A DNA stretch of 55,719 nucleotides, taken from positions 1 to 55,719 of IMG/VR virus record IMGVR_UViG_3300033141_003115; one strand, 5' to 3'. The DNA is from a virus (Duplodnaviria; Caudoviricetes). Both the position numbers and the translations under genes were made by a program. The notes below the pieces were generated by a model. The model had not been told where the DNA came from and searched no databases. It saw only the letters and a program-made list of their open reading frames with translations. Positions 31,197-41,268 of the stretch are shown here, one piece after another. Each line of letters begins with the position of its first letter. The first letter of the stretch is position 1.

Positions 31197-31217
31197 GTGT
31201 GCACCTCCACTTAATTA

Positions 31218-32762
31218 TCACCAATCACTTGAATCCAATAAATCAACTCCAATTACACCTAAATCTTCGTCAATAATTACACTTCTTTGTCTTTGTGCTG
31301 AATTTAACGTGCTTGTCGCTACATTAGGTCCTTCATATGTAATTACTGGCGTTTGTGTTGTTAAATAATAAATCGCAAAAGCTAATGAAAAAACAGTATC
31401 ATCATGAGCTTCTACTGTTTTTATAAGATCACCCTTCTGAATAAATCCCCATAACTCCTTTAACAATACTTGTGTGTATTCATTTGTGAATTCATGTGTT
31501 ATATCCGCAGGAACTCTTATTTTCTTTTTCTCTAAAACATATCTTAGTTTACTCAACATTTCAATTCTTAAGTTTCGAGTAGTGTTAACTCTGAAAACAG
31601 GAAACCCTTCTGATTCCAATTCTCGCGCTATGCTAATCTGTGTTCCTGTGCTCTCCATTACAATCATAGACGGATTCCATTTTTTATACAATTCACGCAA
31701 AATCGATAACATATCTGTCATTTTAAGACCATGACCACGAAAAACATCAATAATCACATAAGCAGATTTTAATTGAGCAACCACAGTATAAACTGTATAA
31801 TCAGCATCTTTTCTATTACTAAATGCAAAGTCACACCCAATAACAATAGATTCTACTTCTGATATATCTACGGGCAATTCACCTAATCTCATAGTAGGAC
31901 GTAAACATTCTTGTACCGCCCAGAATGGAAAGAAGCTCATTTGTGTTGTTTTCGGTTTTAACAAAAATTCCTGCGCAAATGCCTCTTCATCGGCTCGACG
32001 CCTTTTTTCCAAATCCTCTTTTGTCCAAAATTCTGGCCATAATATATGACCATTTTCGTCAATAGCTGGGTACTCTTTTACAACATATTCGGGATTCTCT
32101 TTTAATTCAGCATATAAATCATCATAACTTATAGGAGTACCTACAATAAGCATTTTCGAACCACGAGGACCTAACATATACTGAATAACACGATAAAAAT
32201 AATACTTAACATATTCTAATGTATAAATCCCTTTATCTGAAAGGACATCATCCAAAATTATTAAGTCAGGGTGTCGCCCACGAGCTGAACTACCTATGCC
32301 TTTACCACTGGCCTCTATACCCTTATCATTCGAACGTCTTGGCCGAGTTACAAATCTGGATTTTCCCCACGAACCTGAAGATTTATTCTCTAAAAACTTT
32401 AACCAAGGATTATTTTCTATTTCATCTCGCCAGCGCGTAACTACTCGTTGTGCTTCATCTTCTCTATGTGTATAAAATAATATCTCTTTTACATCTCCTC
32501 GAAACATGCGCCATAACGGATAGGCAAAACTGAAAAACATAGATTTTCCAGAATATCTGTGAGCAAGGACTACAAGTCTGTCATGATTGTAAACTAAATC
32601 CGCCCACTCACGATAATGATCAGGAATGTATAAACCCAATATGTTCTTCGAAAAATATATGAGGTCTTTCGATGCCTTAGCTATAACTTTCGTACGTTTA
32701 ACTTTATCTATAGGCACCTGTATGGGGGGTTTGCGTTCTAAATGTTCTATACGTTCGCTCAT
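31218..32762 (-). CDS. terL: Terminase large subunit
   Basis: Walker A-like AHRYSGKS, RGRHPDLIILDD, IVGTP, AFAQEFLL, nuclease GCDFA and HDDTVFSLAFA. Confidence 0.95.
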   Translation of the reverse strand: MSERIEHLERKPPIQVPIDKVKRTKVIAKASKDLIYFSKNILGLYIPDHYREWADLVYNHDRLVVLAHRYSGKSMFFSFAYPLWRMFRGDVKEILFYTHREDEAQRVVTRWRDEIENNPWLKFLENKSSGSWGKSRFVTRPRRSNDKGIEASGKGIGSSARGRHPDLIILDDVLSDKGIYTLEYVKYYFYRVIQYMLGPRGSKMLIVGTPISYDDLYAELKENPEYVVKEYPAIDENGHILWPEFWTKEDLEKRRRADEEAFAQEFLLKPKTTQMSFFPFWAVQECLRPTMRLGELPVDISEVESIVIGCDFAFSNRKDADYTVYTVVAQLKSAYVIIDVFRGHGLKMTDMLSILRELYKKWNPSMIVMESTGTQISIARELESEGFPVFRVNTTRNLRIEMLSKLRYVLEKKKIRVPADITHEFTNEYTQVLLKELWGFIQKGDLIKTVEAHDDTVFSLAFAIYYLTTQTPVITYEGPNVATSTLNSAQRQRSVIIDEDLGVIGVDLLDSSDW

Positions 32763-33292
32763 TCAAGCTCCCCTTTAGATTCAGATAAAACTTGAGAAAC
32801 AACTTGAGATACCTCTTCTGGATCAACAACAATATCTCCTTGTTTGATCTTCTGAAGTTCATGCTTTTCTTTGCTAAGCTGAAGTTTAACATTATCTATA
32901 ATCATAAGATGTATATCATGAGCAACTTGACGATATACGTTCACTAAGTTAGAATATACACGAAGACCTTCTAAAACTAAACCAGGATTATCTGTATACT
33001 TGTTCAGTGTATCATTCAAGAAGGAAACTGCACCATCTATCGAATCCAGTAAATTCATTAAATGACTCCGTATCCATAAATCTAACATATCTGGATCATT
33101 ACGTAGATTATTTAAATCACTGTCCTTAAATTCCTGCTGATATATTTGAAGTAACTCTTGACCTTCCTCACTATTAAGAAAAGTGTTTATTTCCTTGGTC
33201 TGTATTCCTAACTGTTTACTTATCTGTGAGGCTGTATATCCTAAAACAGAAAGAAGCGCTATCTTATGTTCTTTAGCCAAAGTCATATCCAC
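32759..33292 (-). CDS. terS: Terminase small subunit (N-terminal HTH)
   Basis: GYTASQISKQLGI HTH followed by a helical body; overlaps the terL start. GTG 33292 chosen by SD GGAGG spacing. Confidence 0.7.
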   Translation of the reverse strand: MDMTLAKEHKIALLSVLGYTASQISKQLGIQTKEINTFLNSEEGQELLQIYQQEFKDSDLNNLRNDPDMLDLWIRSHLMNLLDSIDGAVSFLNDTLNKYTDNPGLVLEGLRVYSNLVNVYRQVAHDIHLMIIDNVKLQLSKEKHELQKIKQGDIVVDPEEVSQVVSQVLSESKGELE

Positions 33293-33402
33293 ATTTACGC
33301 CTCCCACTATAATACGCCAAAAAAAGTCTTGATTTGTTTTAACAACACTTTACAGTTTTGTACCAGTTTGGTTAATATTATATATTATTGCAACAGAAAA
33401 AG

Positions 33403-33693
33403 TGCAAAAATTTGCAGTATGAAAAGTTGATAAAAAATGTCGAGAAAAGCAATTATTTTCTTTCTATAACTATACTGTAGGGAAATTTCTTTTTATTTTA
33501 TGCCCCTCCAAAATTTATATATTATTTTATTATTTAGTACTAATATATTTATTATATAATAAATAATAAAAAATAAATTTTGGAGGGTCTTATTTACAGT
33601 GTAAAAATAAAATATATTCCGCTCGCCCAGCGCTTTTTCGTTATACATGACAAAAATTCTCCATAATTTTTGGTACTGCAAATTTTTGCAGTA
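33403..33693. repeat. Concentric inverted repeats in the AT-rich divergent intergenic region (origin or regulatory hub candidate)
   Basis: 17-bp IR 33403-33419/33674-33690, 15-bp IR 33504-33518/33573-33587, 12-bp IR 33525-33536/33560-33571, and a 20-bp palindrome at 33546-33565. Confidence 0.8.
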
Positions 33694-33837
33694 AAAAGGC
33701 CCCTATTTAATCTTTTTATATTTTATTATTCATATTTTTGATACAATATTGTATTATTTTCGTAAATAGAATTAGGGATTTATGTAGTATACTATATTTG
33801 GAAAGCAAGAGAAGTGTATATTAAATAGGAGGCGTAT

Positions 33838-34941
33838 ATGATGGACAAAAATCGTGGAGAATGGGATGCACATTTTAATGACTTTATGCCTACAGAAGAT
33901 TATCAGGAAGCTGTACGTTGGTTTCGGCGTAACAATATACCTAAATTCAGTAAAGATTGGCAATGCTCAGTTCGAACTGCTCTTTTTGATGTACCTGGTG
34001 GTGCAGAGGTGCGATCTCGATTATCCCGCAAAGAATTTCAAAAAGGCAGGCATAAAACTTTATCTATTCGAAAACAACTTGAAGAACTTGCCAACGAATG
34101 GAATACATCTTATGACATAATGGCAGCATATATTCATAACGTATTTTGGTTTCAAAAAGGTCGTTTTGCTCGTATCATATATCCAGACTTATTCAAGTTC
34201 TTTGAATTCAAAAAGCAAAAGACAGAGTATACATTTCAGACTTTTTTGTCCAATCCTGTAAATAGAATTTTGTTGGATAATTATGATATAAATTACTGCT
34301 TCAGAGATAATGTTATTTTGTTTAACTTAAATGATGTAAATGAGTATCTCAATATGAATATTAGAGTACCAATACATTCAATCACAGTAAGTTTTTCACC
34401 ACGATATAGTAAGTATTTATATAAGGATTTTGGTTCTCTTTCACAAATTAAAACTCATATTATAGAAAGTTCTGATGTGATTCGTTATTTGCTTAGAGTC
34501 AAAGCAACGAAATTAAGTTCTGCTACTGGCTATGTTGCTAAGCTATTAAAAACAAATATTTATGATAAAGCTCCAGAAGGAATATTTTTTAGACCTGTCA
34601 ATTTCAGACATAGAGGTTATTATAAAGTCTTTTATGAAAAGATTACTGATCCTCTTCGAAAAAGAAGCGTTACTATGTCTAAACATCAATTTTGGGTTTC
34701 ATTCAATGCACTTAGTTTTATAGTAAGACATAATATACAAAGGTTATCTGATTCTGGAGCTTTTTATGCTAAAGTTGCTTGGAGACGCTGGCATGATCTT
34801 GAACGGGCTATTCTAAGTCATCCTGAGTTAAAATGGTATATGCAGCGTGGTTATAATCGCCCCTTGAGAAAAGAAGAACAAGAGCTTGTTAACATGATTA
34901 ATGATGATAACGAAGAGTTACTACAAGCCTTTGGTAGCTAA
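33838..34941 (+). CDS. Basic putative DNA-binding protein, possible BRO-N-like segment
   Basis: 367 aa, K/R/aromatic-rich, SD AGGAGG. ILFNLNDVNEYLNM...IIESSDVIRYLLR loosely matches the BRO-N pattern. Confidence 0.45.
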   Translation: MMDKNRGEWDAHFNDFMPTEDYQEAVRWFRRNNIPKFSKDWQCSVRTALFDVPGGAEVRSRLSRKEFQKGRHKTLSIRKQLEELANEWNTSYDIMAAYIHNVFWFQKGRFARIIYPDLFKFFEFKKQKTEYTFQTFLSNPVNRILLDNYDINYCFRDNVILFNLNDVNEYLNMNIRVPIHSITVSFSPRYSKYLYKDFGSLSQIKTHIIESSDVIRYLLRVKATKLSSATGYVAKLLKTNIYDKAPEGIFFRPVNFRHRGYYKVFYEKITDPLRKRSVTMSKHQFWVSFNALSFIVRHNIQRLSDSGAFYAKVAWRRWHDLERAILSHPELKWYMQRGYNRPLRKEEQELVNMINDDNEELLQAFGS

Positions 34942-34969
34942 TTTTACTTATCATACAGGAGGTGTAAAG

Positions 34970-35461
34970 ATGAATTCTGAGGCTAAAATCGTGTTTGTAT
35001 CTGGACCAAAAAAGGATGTATTACCAGAAGAGATTCAATATTTTACGAAACAAACTAAACTTGGTCCAATATCAGTGCCATATGTGCCCCAGCACAAAGT
35101 CATAAGATATTTACGAGAAAACTTTGGAGCAGCGTGTTCTCTAACTACCACGCGCAGTGAGCTTATTAAAATAGGAGGTGATTATGCGTGGCTTAGAAGC
35201 ATAAGATTCACGTATTATGTACAGTTACCAAACGGAGAAATAAAAGAACAACATGTAGATGCAGAAGGAGTAGCTCTTATTGACATGTCTCGAAAACTCG
35301 ATCTTAATCGAGTAGTACATTCAGCACACACATTTGCATTAAAGGAATTATTCAAAGTGCTTGGTTTAGGTTTATCGATTTTCGAACAGCTTGATTCAGT
35401 ACCCAGTGATGATGTAGTGAACGACACTGAGGAAGATGTTCTTGTAGATTTTGGTTTTTAA
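34970..35461 (+). CDS. Rad52/Sak-like single-strand annealing protein
   Basis: PYVPQHKVIRYLRENFG...EGVA...SAHTFALKELFKVLGLGL matches the Rad52/22 family pattern. Start moved to ATG 34970. Confidence 0.7.
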   Translation: MNSEAKIVFVSGPKKDVLPEEIQYFTKQTKLGPISVPYVPQHKVIRYLRENFGAACSLTTTRSELIKIGGDYAWLRSIRFTYYVQLPNGEIKEQHVDAEGVALIDMSRKLDLNRVVHSAHTFALKELFKVLGLGLSIFEQLDSVPSDDVVNDTEEDVLVDFGF

Positions 35462-35490
35462 TTCAAAATTTCTTAAAGGGAGGAGTATGT

Positions 35491-35847
35491 ATGAATAAGG
35501 CTATTTTTAATATGGAAACTACTTGGGAGGATATTAAGGAATTTGTGGATATGAAATTACATAATCCTTTAACTATTAAAAATACTCTGGTATATAATTT
35601 CAATCCCAATAAGGTTGATATCAATAAACTTTATCGTTATGTAGAAACACATCCTGACGAAACATTACTTGTAATTCCTCATAGTATGAGTTCAGCTTGG
35701 GGAATCATGCTCCAGTTTATTCCTGATGATCTTCTTCAACGTGCTGTCTTCTTGAATTATCGTAAGAAACACTATGTTCCTATTTACAGTCCTCAACATT
35801 CTAATTATATCTTTAAGAAAGAAAAAGAAGAGGAGAATGTACAATGA
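35491..35847 (+). CDS. Hypothetical protein
   Basis: SD GGAGGAG; packed in the operon. Confidence 0.7.
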   Translation: MNKAIFNMETTWEDIKEFVDMKLHNPLTIKNTLVYNFNPNKVDINKLYRYVETHPDETLLVIPHSMSSAWGIMLQFIPDDLLQRAVFLNYRKKHYVPIYSPQHSNYIFKKEKEEENVQ

Positions 35848-36047
35848 TATTAACAGTAGTTGTATCCATTATAATTGTATTAGCTTTAGGTATATTCAAT
35901 CCATCGGCAACATTATGTTTTGTGCTATTATGGGCTCTGAGTGCTTTATTGGAATTTCCACAGCAATTTGTAGAAAAACTCTTTTTACTTTATTTTATAA
36001 TACTTGGACTTAGCTCACTTATTGCGCTCTGGAAGAGTAAAACATAA
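35844..36047 (+). CDS. Small membrane protein
   Basis: 67 aa, almost entirely hydrophobic (2-3 TM helices); ATGA overlap with the upstream gene. Confidence 0.65.
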   Translation: MILTVVVSIIIVLALGIFNPSATLCFVLLWALSALLEFPQQFVEKLFLLYFIILGLSSLIALWKSKT

Positions 36048-36064
36048 CAAAAGGAGGCGACAAA

Positions 36065-37018
36065 ATGACATATACTAACGAGATGGATAATATAATTAAA
36101 ACTCTTAAGCAACAGGGTTTAACCTATACAGAAATAGCTTCAGTTGTAAATAAACAGTTTGGAATGAGCAAATCTTCTGAAGCTATACGTAAGAGATATT
36201 ATAGAATTCGTTCACGTCCTGATCATGTATTTGTTGATGAAACACCAGAATATATAGCAGAAGATGTCATTTCAGTTGAAGATGATGTTTTCGTTTTAGG
36301 TGTTATATCTGATACTCATTTAGGCTCGAAATATCATGCTGAAGAAGAGCTGAAAGATTTTTATGAATTTATGCGAGATCATAAAGTTCAACATGTTCTT
36401 CATGCTGGTGATGTACTTGAAGGTGATGGTTGGTTATTTCGTGGTCAGCTTTACGATATATTGAGTATTGGTATTGATAATATTCTTGATTATGTAGTTG
36501 AAAATTATCCTACATATGAAGGCTTAGTACAGCATGTTATAAGTGGTCAGCATGATGAAATATTCACAAAACGTTATGGTTATAACATTTTGAATCAAGT
36601 ATCATTACGCCGCGATGATATTATTTATTATGGTTCATTTATGACATATTTAACATTACAACATAAGAATCAAGAAATACACATAGTTTTACAGCATGGA
36701 TCAAATAGTCTTACCACAGCTCATAGTTATCGATTACAGAAATATGTAGATGTTTCCAAATCTATGTTTGCTGATGGTTTCGATATGTTGATTCTTGGAC
36801 ATTATCATTCTATGGCGATATTACCAGAATACAAACGTGTTATCAGCATAATGCCTGGATGTTTTCAGCATCAGACAAAACTGTTCGCTGAGAAGGGTTT
36901 AGTTCCTGTTATAGGGGGTTTAATTTTGAAAATACATTTTACTGATAATGGGTGGCATGTCGAGTATATTACACGAACTTATCCTGTGAAAACAGTATAT
37001 ATGATAGAACGGGGATGA
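36065..37018 (+). CDS. Calcineurin-like metallophosphoesterase with N-terminal HTH
   Basis: Motifs SDTH, HAGDVLEG, GQHD, QHG and GHYH. N-terminal GLTYTEIA HTH. Confidence 0.85.
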   Translation: MTYTNEMDNIIKTLKQQGLTYTEIASVVNKQFGMSKSSEAIRKRYYRIRSRPDHVFVDETPEYIAEDVISVEDDVFVLGVISDTHLGSKYHAEEELKDFYEFMRDHKVQHVLHAGDVLEGDGWLFRGQLYDILSIGIDNILDYVVENYPTYEGLVQHVISGQHDEIFTKRYGYNILNQVSLRRDDIIYYGSFMTYLTLQHKNQEIHIVLQHGSNSLTTAHSYRLQKYVDVSKSMFADGFDMLILGHYHSMAILPEYKRVISIMPGCFQHQTKLFAEKGLVPVIGGLILKIHFTDNGWHVEYITRTYPVKTVYMIERG

Positions 37019-37022
37019 TATT

Positions 37023-37550
37023 ATGTCAAATAAGTATCAGCAACAACACGACGACTTAGACATGGAACTATATTACAGTTTTATTCCTTTTGTGGTAAAA
37101 TCGTGGTTTTCGAGACATAATTATTCAATAAATTTGAAAGATTATTTAGATGACATTGTCAGTGAGTTATATTTAATGTACAAAACAGAAGATATATTTG
37201 AGCGATTACAATTACGCTGGCCAGAGGATATTGGTATGTGGTATGTTATTTTCTTTTATAGAGTGCCTAAGGCAATAAAGAATGCTATACCCAATTTTGA
37301 GTTATTAGATGAATTGCCTTATAATCAAGGTCAAGATGATGAACATGAAGCATTATTATTCGAAGAAATCTTAAATGGAGATATATTTACATCAACAGAA
37401 GGAAACATTCTATCGGCAGCATATTTATATTATATCAAATCATACTCAAGAAAAGATATAGCAGAAAAGTTTGAAGTTTCTGTTTCTACTGTGGGAAGAT
37501 GGCTTGATCAAGCTAAACGGATTCTTAAAAAAATTTTCTGGGAGGAATGA
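37023..37550 (+). CDS. Sigma-70-like factor (region 4 HTH)
   Basis: C-terminal YSRKDIAEKFEVSVSTVGRWLDQAKRILKK and region-2-like LDDIVSELYL. Confidence 0.65.
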   Translation: MSNKYQQQHDDLDMELYYSFIPFVVKSWFSRHNYSINLKDYLDDIVSELYLMYKTEDIFERLQLRWPEDIGMWYVIFFYRVPKAIKNAIPNFELLDELPYNQGQDDEHEALLFEEILNGDIFTSTEGNILSAAYLYYIKSYSRKDIAEKFEVSVSTVGRWLDQAKRILKKIFWEE

Positions 37551-38962
37551 AAATGGTGAAGTTGTTTCGTTATCCAAATATTGTAGCTGTTAAGACAAAA
37601 AATCAAAGTGTGTATAAATTGTTGTATGAGAATTTAGCAGTAAGAAGTCCCAACTATTGGTTTTCAAAAGCATATAAAGAAGGTCGATGGGATGGATATT
37701 TTCGATTATTTAATCAACGACGTAAGATATTTCCATCAGGTTTGATTGATCAAGCTATTGATTTGATTGATCAAAATAAGATTTCTTATGAGCTTATAGA
37801 CAAAAGAACTAAACCTGAGCCCACATTAAATATCAATAGTAGTATTAAGTTGAGACCATACCAACAATATGCATTGGAACGGTTATTAAAAGATGAACAA
37901 GGTATTGTATGGTTACCTGTCAATGCTGGAAAAACTTACATAGCTTTACAACTCATAGCAAGGCGCCAGGTACCAACATTATGGGTAACACATCGGAAAG
38001 AATTAGCTATACAGACAGGAGAGTTAATAAAGAAATATTTGAACATTGAACCTGGGCTCATAGGCATGGGTCATAATATTATTCGACCAATTACTGTGGC
38101 GATGATACAGACATTATCTCAGCGTGTGAAAGAATCCACTAAATTTGCTCAAGAATTAAATGATAATTTTGATCAATTAATTGTAGATGAATGTCATCAT
38201 GTAGCTAAGAATATATATTATAATGCTATGATTAAATTGGAGATGTATTATCGTTATGGATTATCTGGGACACCTAAACATCGTAATGTTGTAGATGTAT
38301 TCTATACTAAAGCTGTATTTGGGCCTATTTTAGTACATATGCAGCAAAAGGAGCTTGTGAAATTAGGTGTTAGTGTTCAGCCCTGGGTGTATATGATACA
38401 ATTACCTGCAGATGTATCCACGACTATGGATTATGCAGACGTATATGACACAGTTGTGATTAATAATCCTACACGCACGGCTTATATAGCTAAAATAGCT
38501 TTGTCTTATGTACAAGAAGGTAAACAAGTATTAATTATGGTTGATCGTATTCAACATGGAGAGAATTTACTTAACGCTATTAAGGAACAATATTCTAATG
38601 TAGCTTTTATTAGTGGACAGGAAACCGCTGATGTACGACAAGATGCTATTAATCGATTCGAACAAAGTAAATTACAGATACTTATCGCTACCAATATTCT
38701 TAATGAAGGAGTTTCTCTTCACAGTATAGATGTCGTGATTGTAGCTGGAGCAGGAAAGAGTGCTGTGGCGACTATTCAGCGTGTAGGTCGAGCTTTGCGT
38801 ACTCGTATAGGCAAAGATCGTGCTATTATCATTGATTTCTGGGATATAGATAAGAAATATTTGAATTATCATGCGTCTAAACGTTATGCTGTATACAAGC
38901 GTGAATTTGAAAATGTAATAGTATTGGATCAAAATGGTAATCAAATTAATGTAGAATTGTAA
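37547..38962 (+). CDS. uvsW: SF2 helicase (UvsW-like)
   Basis: LRPYQ, LPVNAGKT, DECHH, GLSGTP, QRVGRALR and the N-terminal WDGY motif. Confidence 0.88.
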   Translation: MKMVKLFRYPNIVAVKTKNQSVYKLLYENLAVRSPNYWFSKAYKEGRWDGYFRLFNQRRKIFPSGLIDQAIDLIDQNKISYELIDKRTKPEPTLNINSSIKLRPYQQYALERLLKDEQGIVWLPVNAGKTYIALQLIARRQVPTLWVTHRKELAIQTGELIKKYLNIEPGLIGMGHNIIRPITVAMIQTLSQRVKESTKFAQELNDNFDQLIVDECHHVAKNIYYNAMIKLEMYYRYGLSGTPKHRNVVDVFYTKAVFGPILVHMQQKELVKLGVSVQPWVYMIQLPADVSTTMDYADVYDTVVINNPTRTAYIAKIALSYVQEGKQVLIMVDRIQHGENLLNAIKEQYSNVAFISGQETADVRQDAINRFEQSKLQILIATNILNEGVSLHSIDVVIVAGAGKSAVATIQRVGRALRTRIGKDRAIIIDFWDIDKKYLNYHASKRYAVYKREFENVIVLDQNGNQINVEL

Positions 38963-38981
38963 AGCAAACCTGTTATTTGTA

Positions 38982-38990
38982 TGTTATACT
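38982..38990 (+). promoter_or_regulatory. Extended -10 promoter candidate
   Basis: TGTTATACT in the short gap before the UvsY-like gene. Confidence 0.4.
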
Positions 38991-39008
38991 CTAACTGGAG
39001 GTGAAAAC

Positions 39009-39404
39009 ATGTGGGATTTCGTAAATTTGGATAATGTGGAGAAGTTAAAAGAGTTATTGGAAATTAGTACGGATTTTCACTCCATGGCCGAGCAGTTACC
39101 TACACAGCTCTTTTTGGTACATATGCAATATAGTCAAGCTCGAAAACAGTACATAGAAGCAGATTTAGCACTCAAGCATTATGAAGCTAATCGTTATCTT
39201 GAGCTGAGGCGTCGTGCTGCTGAAACAGGAGAAAAAGTTACAGAAAAGACTTTGGAAGCCAGTATTCGTAGTGATCCAAATTGGGTAAAATTGGTTCAAC
39301 AGCGTGCAGAAATTGAACGTAAAGTTAATACCTTGTCTGGATTAATAAATGCCCTGAACTCTAAAAGCCAGTTGGTCCAAGCATTAGTTAAAACTGGAAT
39401 GTAA
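39009..39404 (+). CDS. UvsY-like recombination mediator
   Basis: Helical 131 aa with KVTEKTLEASIRSDPNW; lies between helicase and SSB/recombinase. Confidence 0.6.
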   Translation: MWDFVNLDNVEKLKELLEISTDFHSMAEQLPTQLFLVHMQYSQARKQYIEADLALKHYEANRYLELRRRAAETGEKVTEKTLEASIRSDPNWVKLVQQRAEIERKVNTLSGLINALNSKSQLVQALVKTGM

Positions 39405-39429
39405 TTTATTATTAAAGGAGGCGTGAAAT

Positions 39430-40266
39430 ATGGCGTATGATTTGTCTTATTTAACAAATACCATGGAAAAGTTAGATGTTGGGGGTAACGGAGGTGTGCG
39501 ATACTTCAACATGAAAAACAGAAATCAAACAGTAATTAGATTAATACCTATAACACAAGAAAAACCTGTATGGCTTGTTGCTTATCATTATAATTTTGAT
39601 AATACAGTTACATCAAAGATACTTTGTCCAGCACGTACAGCCGTGTTGAATGATCAAATTGTACCTGAATGTCCTGTATGTAAGCATGCGCTTGAAGTTC
39701 CTTCCAATGAACGCAAACGCTGGATGCCTCGTGATCGAGTTATCTTTTATGTTATTGATGCAGCAGAAGTTCATGTAGGTGTTAAAGTCATGGATTTGTC
39801 TGTTTATGTAGCACGAGAGTTAGCTTCAATGGTAGCTGAGAATCCGGACAAATTTTTAGATTTGGCAAAGGGGCATCCTATAAAAATTAGTAAAGTTGTA
39901 AATGCAAACGGAAGTTATTATTATAACTATGTTCCTGTTGATGATAAAGTTGTTGATCTAACCAAGACAGTTCAAGTAAATGTAAATGGACAGGCTATGA
40001 CTGTTAATATTGCTGAGCTTATAGAATCTACTAAACCTGATCCTGAGATGTTATTTGCATTTCCAAGTGAAGCTGAATTAAAGGCATTTATTAATGATTC
40101 TTTTGAACCTGCACAACAGAATAAAGATGTAGTACCAACACTGATAACTCCTCAAGATTACAAAGCTGATACAGCTCAAGAATCTCAAAAGATTACACCC
40201 CCTACTGAAGATTTGAACAAGTTACAATCTTTGTTAAGTGATGTCACTGATTCCTTTGGAGGGTGA
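39430..40266 (+). CDS. gp32-like single-stranded DNA-binding protein
   Basis: VIRLIP, a His/Cys zinc set (YH...LCP...CPVC), GHPIKISK and an acidic low-complexity tail. Confidence 0.75.
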   Translation: MAYDLSYLTNTMEKLDVGGNGGVRYFNMKNRNQTVIRLIPITQEKPVWLVAYHYNFDNTVTSKILCPARTAVLNDQIVPECPVCKHALEVPSNERKRWMPRDRVIFYVIDAAEVHVGVKVMDLSVYVARELASMVAENPDKFLDLAKGHPIKISKVVNANGSYYYNYVPVDDKVVDLTKTVQVNVNGQAMTVNIAELIESTKPDPEMLFAFPSEAELKAFINDSFEPAQQNKDVVPTLITPQDYKADTAQESQKITPPTEDLNKLQSLLSDVTDSFGG

Positions 40267-40268
40267 TC

Positions 40269-41261
40269 ATGGATATATTGTCTTCTGGAGCAGTAGAAGA
40301 ATTTGTCAAACGTGAATCTACAGAGTATATAATTCCCACAGGTGTAGATATTATTGATCACTATCTATTATATAGAGGTGGATTTCCAACAGGCATTGTA
40401 GCTGAAATATCTGGCTGGGAAGGCTCAGGTAAAACTACTCTTGTAATGAACATAGCTAAGAACACACAAAAGATAGGTGGAGTAGTGCTTCTTGCAGATA
40501 TTGAGCCTTGGGATATTGATCGTATGAAACAAATAGGTATTGAAACGTCTCCAGATAAGCTCTTAGTTATTAAAGGTGAATTTATTGAAGAACGATTTGC
40601 AAACTTGATTAAAGCTATCTCCAATTTACAGCAAGCAAAAGATATTCCAGCGCCTATAACAATAATTTTTGATTCAATAGCATTAGGGATCACACGAAAA
40701 GAACTCAATGCTATTGTTAATGATAATGAAAATGCACCTATAGCAGCGAAAGCTCAAGTGTTAACTACACGGTTAGCCTTAGTTGAGAATCTTATCAGAA
40801 ACACCCCTATATTATTTATATTCGTAAACCAATTTCGTCAGAAATTAGAAATTCGTATGCCTTGGTTAGGGGGTGGGGGGATTTCAACACCTGGAGGACA
40901 TGCTCTACGTTATGCAGCCAGTGTACGCTTATATCTACAAGCTGGAAAAGCGTATGAAGAAGAACATCCTATTGGTTATATAGTTACTGTCTCTACGGAG
41001 AAGAATAAGATCGCTCCACCTTTAGCCAATGTAACGTATCTGCAATATTATAATGGTTCTTTTGGAAATTGGTGGAGTATAATAGAAGGAGGTGTTCAGT
41101 TAGGTATTATTGAGCAAAAACGAGGTTGGTATTCTTATAACAACAAATCTTTTCGTAAAAATTCAAAAATAGTACAAGAATCTTTCTATGAAGAATTACG
41201 TCAAGCCGTGATTGCTGGTTGGAAACAATATGTAGAACAAATTTATTCGCAGGAGGTATGA
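40269..41261 (+). CDS. recA: RecA/UvsX recombinase
   Basis: Walker A GWEGSGKT, IIFDSIA, FVNQFRQK, TPGGHALRYAASVRL and KNKIAPP. Confidence 0.93.
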   Translation: MDILSSGAVEEFVKRESTEYIIPTGVDIIDHYLLYRGGFPTGIVAEISGWEGSGKTTLVMNIAKNTQKIGGVVLLADIEPWDIDRMKQIGIETSPDKLLVIKGEFIEERFANLIKAISNLQQAKDIPAPITIIFDSIALGITRKELNAIVNDNENAPIAAKAQVLTTRLALVENLIRNTPILFIFVNQFRQKLEIRMPWLGGGGISTPGGHALRYAASVRLYLQAGKAYEEEHPIGYIVTVSTEKNKIAPPLANVTYLQYYNGSFGNWWSIIEGGVQLGIIEQKRGWYSYNNKSFRKNSKIVQESFYEELRQAVIAGWKQYVEQIYSQEV

Positions 41262-41268
41262 TATACAT

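Noticed and set aside
3558-32440. Plus-strand ORFs opposite the structural genes (e.g. 7310-7795, 26798-27388, 27712-28158)
   Set aside because: They are antisense shadows of well-supported genes, Ser/Ile/Phe-rich, with no recognisable motif.
33493-33963. Short minus-strand ORFs in the divergent region
   Set aside because: They run through the AT-rich palindromes or antisense to the 367-aa gene and show no convincing coding signal.
33403-34941. Protelomerase site and enzyme (linear plasmid prophage)
   Set aside because: The symmetry is interrupted rather than one long perfect palindrome, and I could not find a tyrosine-recombinase-type catalytic set in the 367-aa protein.
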